The notes under the pieces were generated by a model, which searched no databases, was not told the origin of the DNA, and saw nothing but the letters and a program-made list of their open reading frames with translations. A stretch of DNA of 63,951 nt, counting the filler, from Albugo candida (Eukaryota): NCBI GenBank assembly GCA_040437565.1. It is 21 parts of 21 records of this genome, joined end to end, with 100 filler letters (N's around TTAATTAATTAA, not from the genome) between each part and the next. Parts side by side here need not be neighbours in the genome. Positions count along the whole stretch, not along the records: positions 49,240 to 52,123 come from JBDOQK010000257.1; positions 52,224 to 55,095 come from JBDOQK010000258.1; positions 55,196 to 58,061 come from JBDOQK010000259.1; positions 58,162 to 61,008 come from JBDOQK010000260.1; positions 61,109 to 63,951 come from JBDOQK010000261.1; 16 more parts are not named here. The stretch is one strand, 5' to 3'. Position numbers and translations under genes: made by a program. Shown here in pieces: positions 49,240 through 61,830 of the stretch; within the stretch, counting starts at the first letter, position 1; every line of letters begins with the position of its first letter.

Positions 49240-51341
49240 ACAAGATGCACTTGACATGTTTGTCGTGGAAAAGCTCAAGAAAGGTTGGATCGAGATTTCT
49301 GACTCTCCACGGGTATCAAATATATTTGGTGTACCTAAGAAGTACCTCACTACTGGTCAAAACAGATCACGATCCGAGTGGGTACGCTCGGACAACGCAC
49401 ATTTACCTCTTCGATGGGTCATTGATTGCCGTTACGTCAATTCGCAGACGATCATTCCGAAGATACCACTTCCTCGCATCGACGAACGCTTTGTTCAACT
49501 TTGTGGTTGTGTCATCTTTTCAGTTCTGGATCTGCCCATGGCTATCATCAGATGCGAATCGCATTCAAAAGCCGCAAGTATACCGCCTTTCACACACATG
49601 CGGAAACCTATCAGTGGTGCGTGGCTCTTGTTGGATTAGCTGGTATGCCTGGTGTTTGGTCTAGTCTCATGCGAGTACTTTTTGCGAAATACAACTTCAT
49701 TGCTGTCTTTCTAGATGACATTTTTGTGTTCCCCACTAGTCTGTACAATCACGTTGGACATCTACGCATTCTATTTGGAGATCTTCGGGTTGAGAAGTTA
49801 TTCTGTCATCAGTTCAAATGTCATTTTGGCCAGTCAGAACTTGAGTTCCAAGGTCATACAATTGCTGCTAAGGGACTTACAGTGGATAATCGGAAGACAG
49901 AAGCTATTGCGAAGTGGTCGACTCCTACAAATCAGAAGCAGCTATTAAGGTTTTTGTGTTTGGCTGGTTACTACCGTCGTTTCATTCGTGACTACGCAAC
50001 TCTTGCGTTACCACTTGGCCCTCTAGTCAGGAAAGAACATGTTTGGAAATCGAAGCATAGCCAGACTCATGCGTTTGAGCAACACATGGCCGCTCTTCAA
50101 GACGCACCTGTGTTGAAATTACCAGATCATGCCAAACAATTCATTGTGACAACGGACGCCTCTGACTATTGTGCTGGTGGTGTTCTTTCTCAGCTTAATT
50201 CTGGTGGCGATCATCCCATTGCATTCTTTTCCAAGAAGCTGGGGATGCATGAACTTAATTGGCCGACACATGAAAAAGAACTTTTTGCAATCAAGCTTGC
50301 ATTGGAAAAGTGGCGTCATTATCTTTATGGTCGTGAATTTGACATCTACACTGACAACACGGCATTCAAATGGTTTCTGCATCATCCGAAAGTTTCACCA
50401 AAGCTGGCTCGATATTTGGCATTCTTTTCGCAATTTACATTCAAGCTGCATCACATTCAAGGTCATTTGAATGTGGTAGCCGATGCTTTATCACGTCAAG
50501 GTTCCGAATTGCCAACGGCATGGAATGCTATTAGCGACTTTAATGTTGGTGATTTGACGCTTGCTAATGGAGATATACATGGAAAATCCAGTACGTTGCG
50601 TTCTATAAGCGCTACCGATCCTTTTCCTGGAACTGTTAATGTCACACAAGAATCTCACAAGTGGAGCTCGCTTGGTTGGTCAAATTCGGTTTGTAAGGAA
50701 TTTGCGAGTGGATATCGTACTTGTCCAGATTATGCCGAACACTTCGAACGTCCAGACTCACTATATGTAAAACACGGAGGTTTGCTTTACTTCAAGTCAC
50801 AAATGATGATGCGTGTGTGTGTACCAAGCACACAAGATAATTATCTTCGAACTTCTATCATCTCATGCTTTCATGACTCCAACATTGCAGCACATCTTGG
50901 TGCTCAAAGAACATTTTTACGCATCGTTCAATGGTATCATTGGCCAACATTGAATCAAGACGTTCGAGATTACGTACGGAGTTATGAAACATGCACTCGC
51001 TGGAATCACAGCAACGCTCGCAAGAATGGAAAAATGATTCCAATCCCGATTCCGGAAGAATGTTGGTCAGTTATCTCTATGGGTTTCATTACGGGGTTAC
51101 CGAAATCAAACGGATTTGATGCTATCATGACAGTTGTCGACAAATTGTCCAAACGGTCAAAATATCGGGCGTGTAATCGCAATGATGATACCAATATGAC
51201 AGCAAACCATTTCTTTTATTGTGTCGTTCGTCATCATGGTCTACCATCGGTAGTTATCAGCGATCGAGATTCCAAGTTTGTTTCGAAGTTTTGGTTCTCT
51301 CTTGCTAAGTTGATGGGAATGTGTCTGCATATGACAACTTC
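49240..51341 (+). mobile_element. Ty3/Gypsy pol (RT, RNase H, integrase), defective
   Basis: PLPRID, LDL/HGYHQMR frameshift near 49534, FLDD, TTDASDY, EKELFAI, NVVADALSR. Integrase H..H..(Y)..C and ISMGF show a lost Cys and a lost catalytic Asp; SDRD present. Truncated at ~51341. Confidence 0.95.
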
Positions 51342-51399
51342 AGTTGAAGGTGTCTATATTACTAGAATTAGACTAACTGACTTCGCTAGTTGCCTAGGC

Positions 51400-52123
51400 T
51401 GTCTAAAATAACATATATACATATACAAACGTTTCGTGAAATACCTGTGAGAGATGATAATATGTCTTCTCGTTGATAATCCCTTATCGCAGTAGCCTCA
51501 GCCACCTTAATACGAGACTGCGTCCAGCTTGTAAATGCTGTAAAGTTGTAGAATTGTAAGAATGGTCCCAAAGTACCGTGGGCCACACTATCCTGACAGT
51601 GCCATCCAACTAGGACTAGGATCCGAGTTGCACTTGCATTTGTACTTGTCTGTGTCGTACCCGCAGCAATGATCGTCGGCTTCTGAAAAAAACACCGAAT
51701 GATCCTTGCGTTGCGAGTTGATCAAGCACCTGTGCGAGTCGAATGCGTTCGTCTTGGTCGTAACACTGTTTTAAATAGTACCGAACGTGCGCACTAAATG
51801 TGGTGTACATCACGGAAAGTGCTGGAATTGTCGGAGTTGCTGATAGCTGATCGAAAAGACGACGATTCCGATCTGTCCAAACGAAGTGCAGTGTCACCGC
51901 TTGCAATACAAGCCATAACTCGATTGATATTCTTTCCAATCCGACCGTAGTGCTGGTACGATTGCACATGCAACATGCGTCGAACGTGGTCGAGAGGAGA
52001 AAACCTGATCCCAACTAGGGAGTAACTCCCTCCATAACTGTGCCGTGTGATCGCACTCTAGAAAGAGATGTTGATCGGATTTCACTGCCCCACACGAAGG
52101 CTGCGTGCACAATATAATGTCGG
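51400..52123 (-). mobile_element. 3' end of a LINE-like non-LTR retrotransposon (zf-RVT region + 3' UTR)
   Basis: CTQPSCGAVKSDQHLFLECDHTAQLW and LHFVWTDRNRRLF are typical of the L1/Tx1-type ORF2 C-terminus. A diverged copy lies at 61109-61600. Confidence 0.8.
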
Positions 52124-55100
52124 NNNNNNNNNNNNNNNNNNNNNNNNNNNNNNNNNNNNNNNNNNNNTTAATTAATTAANNNNNNNNNNNNNNNNNNNNN
52201 NNNNNNNNNNNNNNNNNNNNNNNCCTGTGTGTACGATACAAGGTTTTGTCTCAGAAGAAACAAGAAGGATGTGCATGTATTATTTGTGACTTATGATAAA
52301 AGCTTCCACATCTCATAAATTCTAGAAGCGTATTTCTTGTCTTTAGTCTAGCTTGTACAAATTATCATACAAGAATGATGTGTCAACGCAAACTCCTTTT
52401 GAAATTGATAGACGAGCATGCTGACCAGTGTATAGTGGGCCCTTCTGTGCATTGGATTCAAGTACTATTTTCTTTCCATGTCACATTGATTAATGTAAAA
52501 TATCAAGTAAAACTAATAGGGTGGGGAATAATTTGACTACTCTAAATGCTTACAATCTAAGCTTTAAAGGAGGGGGTCGAATTTGTTTCTGCTTCTGATT
52601 TATATATACTAAGCATCTCCTTACGCTTGTTATTCCTGACAACCGATCTCCATGATTGACACGACTAGTACAGTTCGATTTGAGCAAACAAACTCATCCA
52701 AATTGATCAATTGTACGTCTCTTATAACCTCGTATACTATCTTGGGGAGTTCCCGACCAGTCTTCACTACATTAAATTGACTTGCGGCAGCGCCTAATCC
52801 AAGAGCTTCCACGTTAGCTTCTACGTTTTTCAATTATAATCAATCATTTATTACTGTTAGAGCCTTTCGCTTGCGTCATGAGCTTGTTATAGAAATTGCT
52901 GCCTCTGGTGAACTCAAGTGAAATCATTAAAACCTGTATTGAACCTGGGAGAGAGCCGATTCAATCTCTCTGCAGTGACAAATTCTAGCAGTATAATGAT
53001 TCATTGTACACAAATAGGAGCGAGTGCTTCCTCGCAAACGAGTCTTTTTTCGAAGATCGGACAAACGTCATAAAGCTAGTAAATAATGCATTGGAAAGGA
53101 TGCGAATAAATCGTAAAATGCACATGTCCGATCCGAGTTCAAAAGCTTTGTGATTTTGGTTGGAGAAGATTGAGGAAGTAGATCAAACGATAGTAGCTTT
53201 CTGAGCTTCCATAGCAAGTCGGTTTCCATGCTTTTTCCATACACCACGAAGAACAATGGTGTCTGCTGATTTATAACAACTTACTGCACTAGAAACTCGC
53301 GAGCATTCATGTATTCAGTACCCTTTGTAGATTCTAATACGTAGGAGACAAAAATATGATCGAATTCTGCACATAGGAATCTTAAATGTCATCGTCTTCA
53401 CATTTGAAAAGTATCATCGTCATCATCAAATGATATTTATAAACGATTGGATTTGGTCGCGATGATAAAATCTTACTAAACTGTCAATGCAATATATGCT
53501 ATTTGTATGACGGCATAACGAGACAATTTACGGATTTTTTTTCAAAAGACGAGCTTTTATCTCAGTAATATAATCTTTCCATTAACCATTGCAAAGAGCG
53601 GTCCAAAGTGAAACTCTATAGATATCTGCCAAGATGACTCATCGTCTCGATTGAAGGTTGTAACACTGAAAAAAAACTCGTCACATCTAGCATAAAGCGA
53701 CTGGCTTCAAAAGTCTCTTTTAGGCTATTCTGATCCAGGGTACCTTAAGTGGGCAATTTGCGGTATCCTATTCATGGTTGCGCTGATCAAATTGCGGCAA
53801 AAGCCCTTGGAATCAGAGGCTCCACACTGTAGATGTCGTTGATCTCTGAAGCACTGCTATTGCAGATGCGATTGTTCATTGAGTTCAACTCGGGTGAAAA
53901 TGGCACATAGGAAAGTCATGAATCTACTTGCATTCGGTTGAAGCTTTCATGAGCATTATTCAAGTGTCAGACTCACAGGTTGCGACCCAGTGGTGCAGGT
54001 TGATGTAGCACGTTAAGATGTATTTTAAAAGAGAAGAGCCAAAAGAAGTACCACGTCGTGGCACATACACGATTCGGTAAGATCGGAAAGGTCCTCCAAG
54101 GGAGTTCCCAACTAACAGGCAAGCTGATCGTTCAAAACGGGTATCAAGGATACAAAAAAAGTTAAGCACCATGATGAGTGTTTCCAAATCTTTCGTGGCA
54201 TACTGTGAAGCTGAGAAGAGAAAATATCATCATCCCCCTGATAGCTACGTATGGAGCAACAGGTCATTTCTCTGTTGTACTAGCGTTCTTGAAAGTGTGT
54301 GCGATACCATGATGAATTTCACCAAGGAGTTCAATCCGTGACACACATGATATTCACTTGTGATGCAAGTCCCTGTGCCTCGAACTTTACACGACCGAAT
54401 ATTTCATACTTTACGATTTTCTCGATCCACACACGGAAACAATCACTTAAGGTCCATTTCAGCTCGTGAACAGAACATTATCAGGATGATTTGAAAAATA
54501 TTACCTAAATCTATTCGAAAGCTCAGTATCCTTTGTTGTGATGGATTTCGAACACAAGCGTTCACGAGGTTACATGCGCATTTCCAGTAAGTTAATAGAA
54601 GTGGGTTCTTTTTGTCCAAGATGCCGCGATTCCAGGTCCCTCTGGATATGTGATGGGATTATTTGAAGTTTCACATAGTGCACTGGAATCGAACAGGCTA
54701 GTTTAAGTATCTCTGTTATAATTGCACTGAGAAGTCATTGCTACATGGGGCAAAATGGATTGGAATCATGCAATTGAACTCAATCATTCTCGAGCATCCA
54801 AATCTGAAGCGATTTGGATGCAGCACGCTATGCAATCAGTTGGAAATTTTATTTTTCTGACATAATGTATCTCTTTTTTACAAAATGTTTAATACCTCAG
54901 TATGCACTTCCATGGTCCAAAAACGTTCTCCAATAAATTGACAACATCAGATGGACCAAGAACCTGTGCAGCATTGCTCAGCATTATACGTCAACGTCGG
55001 AGTTACTCTCACATCTAGGGAACAGGTTGTGATAGCATGGTACAATTGATTCTCATTTTATGATACCTCAGTGTATTAGCGTAAGTGAAACCCATNNNNN

Positions 55101-55195
55101 NNNNNNNNNNNNNNNNNNNNNNNNNNNNNNNNNNNNNNNTTAATTAATTAANNNNNNNNNNNNNNNNNNNNNNNNNNNNNNNNNNNNNNNNNNNN

Positions 55196-57797
55196 CTCGC
55201 ATGGATGCTGGATAAGAGTAGGAAATGGACCAGGAGCATCGGATCTGGAAAGGTGAGCTAAATAAAGTTTTCTGCCCCGAGAGGTCTCGTGAGGCGAGTT
55301 TTTGATACAACAAGGTCGATGGTCCGCGACGTTTTTGTCACCGCTTTGAAATCGTCATAGATCGACATGATTGTGGCTGAGGACTGATTTCGAGTTTCAC
55401 TTCATTCTCTGTGACGATACATAGAGAGTATGTGCATAAAAGGTGTGAACAGATAGATCGCAGTATTTATTATGGAAAATCTTCTCAGAGGATGCGCTGA
55501 TGTGCACACTGAAAAGACATCAAATTTCAGTCAGCAAAGAATAAAAGACGTTCTAACGTTTTATATTGTGTTATCGCATCTGAATATACTGTTGTCTGTC
55601 CCAAATAATCTTGTCAGAATATTGCTTATGCCTAAACCTTCAGCAGTTAGTTTCAATCCAGGATGCGCCTTTGTCTCCTTCTCTACTTGGCATGAAAAAC
55701 GCCGTGATTTTATAGTTGCATCAACAGCCCGATGCAACCGTCTTTGTATTGAGCGCACTGCTTCCAAAGTGTTCACTGAATTAGCTCAACTATTTCCTCT
55801 CGCTTTCGAATCTCACCGCTGTTCGATTACATGACGAGCTCTCTTCCGGTATCATTTCGCATCTCGACGGACAATCTCGGAATTTTTTCTGTATTGGTGA
55901 TATAAATTGGTCCTTCTGCAACCTCTAAGATACCTCTTTTATTATCTGCAGCTGGAAGCTCGTTTTTGACGTCTGCTTTGTCTATATAGGCGATTTATTG
56001 GGTGCTATAGACCTCATGAGCTTAGCTGCAATACCAAAGACTCGTGGGGGGGGTTCGAAGTATCGCTTGAAAGAAAAACGTGTTACCCGTACGAATCTCG
56101 AATCGGAACATCGAATCGATGTTCACGGTATTCCAAAATCCCATGATTCTGTGCCAAAATACTTAAACCGCAGCAAAGCTTTATGGTATTTTCTAATTGA
56201 ACCTGATGACCATGCTCGTTTTGGCTCGGAATTAAATGTCTGGTCCCGCTTCCACAGCGTTTTGACCTTGTCTTTGCTAAAGTTCCGACGGTGGTGTGGT
56301 TACAAAGGACCATTTCACGAGTAGAGCTTCTCGCTGATGGTCATTTGATGCAATTCATCATGCAAGTTTCCAATCTAGTCGAAACGATTTTGTTGCTTTA
56401 GATCGTCTTGGTTCGACATTGATTCATGGACATCTAATGCGCATCATTGTTCAAGGCTTTTCTGTAGTTGAATCTATCCTTTAACTTCGAAACATCCATA
56501 AAGGTTTCACTCAGATTGTTTTTTTTCGTAACGTCCAGGCCCAACATGATGCGCATCAGAGGTCCATAAATCAATGTCGAACCAAGACGATCTAAAGCAA
56601 CAAAATCGTTTCGACTAGATTGGAAACTTGCATGATGAATTGCATCAAATGACCATCAGCGAGAAGCTCTACTCGTGAAATGGTCCTTTGTAACCACACC
56701 ACCGTCGGAACTTTAGCAAAGACAAGGTCAAAACGCTGTGGAAGCGGGACCAGACATTTAATTCCGAGCCAAAACGAGCATGGTCATCAGGTTCAATTAG
56801 AAAATACCATAAAGCTTTGCTGCGGTTTAAGTATTTTGGCACAGAATCATGGGATTTTGGAATACCGTGAACATCGATTCGATGTTCCGATTCGAGATTC
56901 GTACGGGTAACACGTTTTTCTTTCAAGCGATACTTCGAACCCCCCCCACGAGTCTTTGGTATTGCAGCTAAGCTCATGAGGTCTATAGCACCCAATAAAT
57001 CGCCTATATAGACAAAGCAGACGTCAAAAACGAGCTTCCAGCTGCAGATAATAAAAGAGGTATCTTAGAGGTTGCAGAAGGACCAATTTATATCACCAAT
57101 ACAGAAAAAATTCCGAGATTGTCCGTCGAGATGCGAAATGATACCGGAAGAGAGCTCGTCATGTAATCGAACAGCGGTGAGATTCGAAAGCGAGAGGAAA
57201 TAGTTGAGCTAATTCAGTGAACACTTTGGAAGCAGTGCGCTCAATACAAAGACGGTTGCATCGGGCTGTTGATGCAACTATAAAATCACGGCGTTTTTCA
57301 TGCCAAGTAGAGAAGGAGACAAAGGCGCATCCTGGATTGAAACTAACTGCTGAAGGTTTAGGCATAAGCAATATTCTGACAAGATTATTTGGGACAGACA
57401 ACAGTATATTCAGATGCGATAACACAATATAAAACGTTAGAACGTCTTTTATTCTTTGCTGACTGAAATTTGATGTCTTTTCAGTGTGCACATCAGCGCA
57501 TCCTCTGAGAAGATTTTCCATAATAAATACTGCGATCTATCTGTTCACACCTTTTATGCACATACTCTCTATGTATCGTCACAGAGAATGAAGTGAAACT
57601 CGAAATCAGTCCTCAGCCACAATCATGTCGATCTATGACGATTTCAAAGCGGTGACAAAAACGTCGCGGACCATCGACCTTGTTGTATCAAAAACTCGCC
57701 TCACGAGACCTCTCGGGGCAGAAAACTTTATTTAGCTCACCTTTCCAGATCCGATGCTCCTGGTCCATTTCCTACTCTTATCCAGCATCCATGCGAG
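55196..57797. repeat. Long palindrome: arms 55196-56424 and 56569-57797 (1229 bp), imperfect inner extension, ~98-bp loop
   Basis: Paired coordinates sum to 112993 throughout. Four ORFs appear with identical translations on opposite strands. Confidence 0.97.
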
Positions 57798-59089
57798 TTT
57801 CCACACTCTAGTGCCCATAATCACGAGATCCCCACCTTTTCGACAGGAAATACGCGTTCAAATTCTCGATACGGAAGAGCCTGTGGATGTGTTGGAGAAA
57901 CTTCGTGATCGATACAACCAAACAAAGCTATGGAGGAAGCAATTAACGTCTCAGGTCTGTAAACAAGTCACTTGTCATCGACTTTGGCCTATCGTTTATT
58001 CACTTCAAGTCTCTGGAAGCGATAAAGTCTTTGGCAAATTGGAGCTATTGGAAGACGATTCNNNNNNNNNNNNNNNNNNNNNNNNNNNNNNNNNNNNNNN
58101 NNNNNTTAATTAATTAANNNNNNNNNNNNNNNNNNNNNNNNNNNNNNNNNNNNNNNNNNNNTCAAAAAAAATAGGTTTTACCTTTTACCTGATAACCCTT
58201 TTTTTTTATCATGACTGCTATTAGTAACATGAGTGCTTTTTTTTTACATAGACAACGACTGCAGAAATGCAAGGATATTGAACTGGACAAATAACGAGCA
58301 ACACAAACATTTTTTTTTTAACTACTGCATAATATTTTTTTACTTTTTGACTAAGGGTGGTGCCTCGTTAAAAGTTTATTCCTCCCAGCGTAGATAGGTT
58401 GATATAACGCACATTTAGATTCAAATAGCACTGAAAAACAAGAAGCTTTCTGCATCTAGCATCTAACTTTGTAGTTGAAATGGTGTTAAGTAAACGATAG
58501 CTACAGTTTTTGAATTACGATTCCAAAATAACTATTTGTTATTGTATAAGGTAAAAATATTTAAAATATAAAGTACTGGTCAATGCAACTAACATAAATA
58601 ATATTATTTTACTAATGTAGTTATTTAACTACAATTTCGAACTTGCATTAATTACAACAAAAGCTTCCTCAAGGAGACTAACCTTTTTTTTTTTGACGGA
58701 ACCCTATTTTTTCGGTAATCTGCAAACAGTGGAATTGTCAAATTTTGGCACAGGGAATTTTATGGATATTATTTTGTCTTCGAAATGATTAATAGCACAA
58801 GTCAAATGCTTAAGTTACTACTTATGGAAGCAGTAGTAGAAAAAGCAGAAGATAAAATATAGAGGGAAGTTTAATTTGAAAATAATATAAATAGCCCATA
58901 ACAGATCATACTTTCACTCTCTTTTTTTACTTTACTAATTCTTAGTATTAGATAAGTTTAACAACAGAGATAATAAAAACAACAACAACGCCACACAACA
59001 GTTATTAGTTTAGTAACCCTATTTCCCAACAATTTTGAGCATCTTCTCTGTTTGGTAATCAATTAAACCTAGGATCTTCATTATCAAAT

Positions 59090-60952
59090 ATGCTTGGATC
59101 AAACATGCATGGTTCCCATCATATCGACAACAATACCAATGTTTTTAATCTTCAACCACATAATTTTTCTTATCTTGTGAATGTACCATTGCCTAAAAAC
59201 AAGTCCTTAAGCAAAGCTCCTTCTGCTGTGAAGGTATTGCGTTACTTAAGCCTGGTGTATACTCGCAAAGTGTGGTAAACAATCGTTCTGGTGGTCCCGA
59301 TCCTAGTTGGGTATTTGTTTATGGTTATGCCTTTCGGTATGGAACAGACTGGACCTATTGCAATGTTACCAGATTTTCAAGCGGTAATGATTGTTGTAAT
59401 AAAGCTTACAAAACCAAGCAGTCAAGCACTAGTAACATTATTAACCATATAGCTAGCAAACATTTTATTGATTAAGCAAAAGGTATGTAGTTAAACAATT
59501 GTATTTTTTCTCTGTGAGTTTTGAAACTAAAATATGTTTTTCCTTTAGCTGAGCAACTTTGGGTTGATGCTGGTAAACCTACAGAAGATATGCAACAAGG
59601 ACACATTGATTGTTTTCTTCAAGTTGCAACCACCATGGAAACAGCAACACCGCCTTTAGTAACTATGAAGTTACTTTAGAGAGTTTTAGACTTGCTCTTG
59701 TGAAATTTTTTCTCAAGAACTCTTTACCTGTGATTGTCCTGAGTTCCAAAATCTTTTAAGTATGGCTCGTCGTGCAAGATCTGATTCAATTATAAAGCTC
59801 CCAACAAAAAAAAAAAAACTTTTTTTTTAGTGCATCACCCAACAAAACTCGTTTCTTTTTCGAACATTGCGAAGACTTTGGCCTCAAAAATTGCATTTAA
59901 TTTTGGATGTTTGTACTCGATGGAACTCGATTTACGATATGTTGGAGAGAGCACTTCTTTTGTTGATGGCCTATAATAAAACTTGTGACGAATCCGAACC
60001 CAGTGATGTTTTGCGTACTTTGAGGATTAGTGAAGAGGAAAAAATGTTTATTATTAAGGTGAAAAAGATCTTAAAGCCATTTAAGACAAACACAACTTGG
60101 ATCAGTGGTGAAAAGTAAGTACTATTTTGAAATAAATATTTATCAGTCAGTTAAACAAATTTCTTATATACTTTATTTTCCATTTGACCCTGTAGGTATC
60201 CCACTATAAATTTTTCAGTTTTAATTTACAACAATTTAATCGACAAGCTTGATGAGAATATTTTGTTGAATTATTCAAAAAGAACAACTAGCATCACCAT
60301 TGAAAATGTCTTGGATGATGAAGACGTAATGAACGTAGTAACTACGGAAAATACGATCGTAAAAAGTTGTATTTTAGCCAGAAAGAAGCTTGTCCAGTAC
60401 TATACTAAAACCGACCAATCCAACGTTTTTGCGATTGCCACCGCTATGGGCCCAACTTTGAAGTATCAATATTGGAAGGTACAAGGATGGGATGATTTTG
60501 CCGACGATGCCGAAATGGTGGTGAATGATGAATGGATAACTAAGTACAAGAGTTATTCTTCTGGCCAGTACTCCGGACAACAACAACAACAACAACAGGA
60601 TGATCATTGCGAAGATGACAGTGACAGTGATGATGATGCTTTCGATGATTCTCAACAAAAAATTCAAAAGACAGCACCTAGTTCTGGAGGAAATGATAAT
60701 GATGAGTTGACTTACTATGTTGCAGCAAGTACAATGGTTGCATCAAGAAATAAAAAAACCAGCAAGGGTAAACATAGAGCTCCTTTATCTGAACCGTTGA
60801 ATGCTGAAACCCCTGTCCCCTCTCCAGTGCCGAACGATATGCAAGATGAGAATGACGACGACACAACTATTGATGAACTTTTCCTTCTTGCTGCTGGTAA
60901 CCAATTCGAACAAGAAGAGCCTGTAAAGGGGTCAAGTGGGAGTGTTTTATAA
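59090..60952 (+). pseudogene. hAT transposase, internally deleted and frameshifted
   Basis: BED-like YCNVTR...CNKAYK...NHIASKH, LILDVCTRWNSIYDMLERAL and ARKKLVQYY are present. The TTDxW, DNA and CxxH core is absent. Confidence 0.82.
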
Positions 60953-61108
60953 ACTAGAAAGTAATAAACGCGAAAATACGATAAGACAAAGATATGGTTT
61001 TTATTAAGNNNNNNNNNNNNNNNNNNNNNNNNNNNNNNNNNNNNNNNNNNNNTTAATTAATTAANNNNNNNNNNNNNNNNNNNNNNNNNNNNNNNNNNNN
61101 NNNNNNNN

Positions 61109-61600
61109 AAAGCAACTAAAAGCAAATTATATCGGACCTATGGCTTGCATTGCAGGCAATGAAGCTGGATTTAGTAAAATTTTCCTTCCTTCGATCAGCG
61201 ATCAGGAGCTTCGAAATCCAGCGCTTTCCGTTCTATCAGTGCGAAGATTCGGTATTTCGTAGACAGTGTTACCATCAAGACAAACGCATTAAGGATTACA
61301 AAGTTGCTGGATCAACCCGCAGCTAGAAAAGTATTCAGTGTTTCTTCAGGAGCCGAAGATCATTACTGCGGGTACGGCACTGGCAAGTAGATATGCAAGT
61401 GCAACTCCGATCCTAGTCCTAGTTGGATTGTTGTATTTAGACTGATGTGGTGGGCGACACCAGTTAGGAAACATGCCACTTTCGGACTTTAATTAATCAT
61501 TACAGACTCTTATCGTGATGAGTACGGCAACCGATATAATGTCAACAGCAAGCTATGATCAACTGTCACAGGTATATTCATGAAACTTTCTTATAGATGC
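61109..61600 (+). mobile_element. Decayed LINE 3' end related to 51400-52123
   Basis: CTGCGGGTACG...ATGCAAGTGCAACTCCGATCCTAGTCCTAGTTGGAT (61367-61428) matches the reverse complement of ~51604-51667. Further matches flank it. Confidence 0.8.
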
Positions 61601-61830
61601 TTGCCTAAGGATCTGTCGAGTGAAGGAGTCCGTCCGTGTCAGCCTTCTCAGAGTAAAAATATCACTGTGGGATTGAACTAAATAAGATGATTATGTGGCT
61701 TGCTCGTTTCCTGTATTTGTTGTGATGAGTTACGAAATAGCCTAGGCATTTAGAGTTTGTCTGAAATTGGTACTATAGAAACCGTTCCGCCTTCTTTTTG
61801 AAGGTGCACAACACGTACAATCTTCCTTTT

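Larger units (their letters stand above)
3146..61108. other. 20 artificial 100-nt contig spacers (44N-TTAATTAATTAA-44N) at 3146, 6380, 9548, 12683, 15774, 18863, 21936, 25001, 28043, 31085, 34112, 37129, 40135, 43140, 46145, 49140, 52124, 55096, 58062, 61009
   Basis: Each spacer is identical and its 12-mer places stop codons in all six frames. Intervening contig lengths never increase (3134, 3068, 3035 ... 2847). Confidence 0.99.

Noticed and set aside
52224..55095. Possible decayed minus-strand gene near 52630-53256
   Set aside because: Exon-like pieces contain in-frame stops and no recognisable domain, too weak to call.
55472..57521. Four duplicated ORFs as a real inverted gene pair
   Set aside because: They result from the palindrome, are short and have no recognisable motif.
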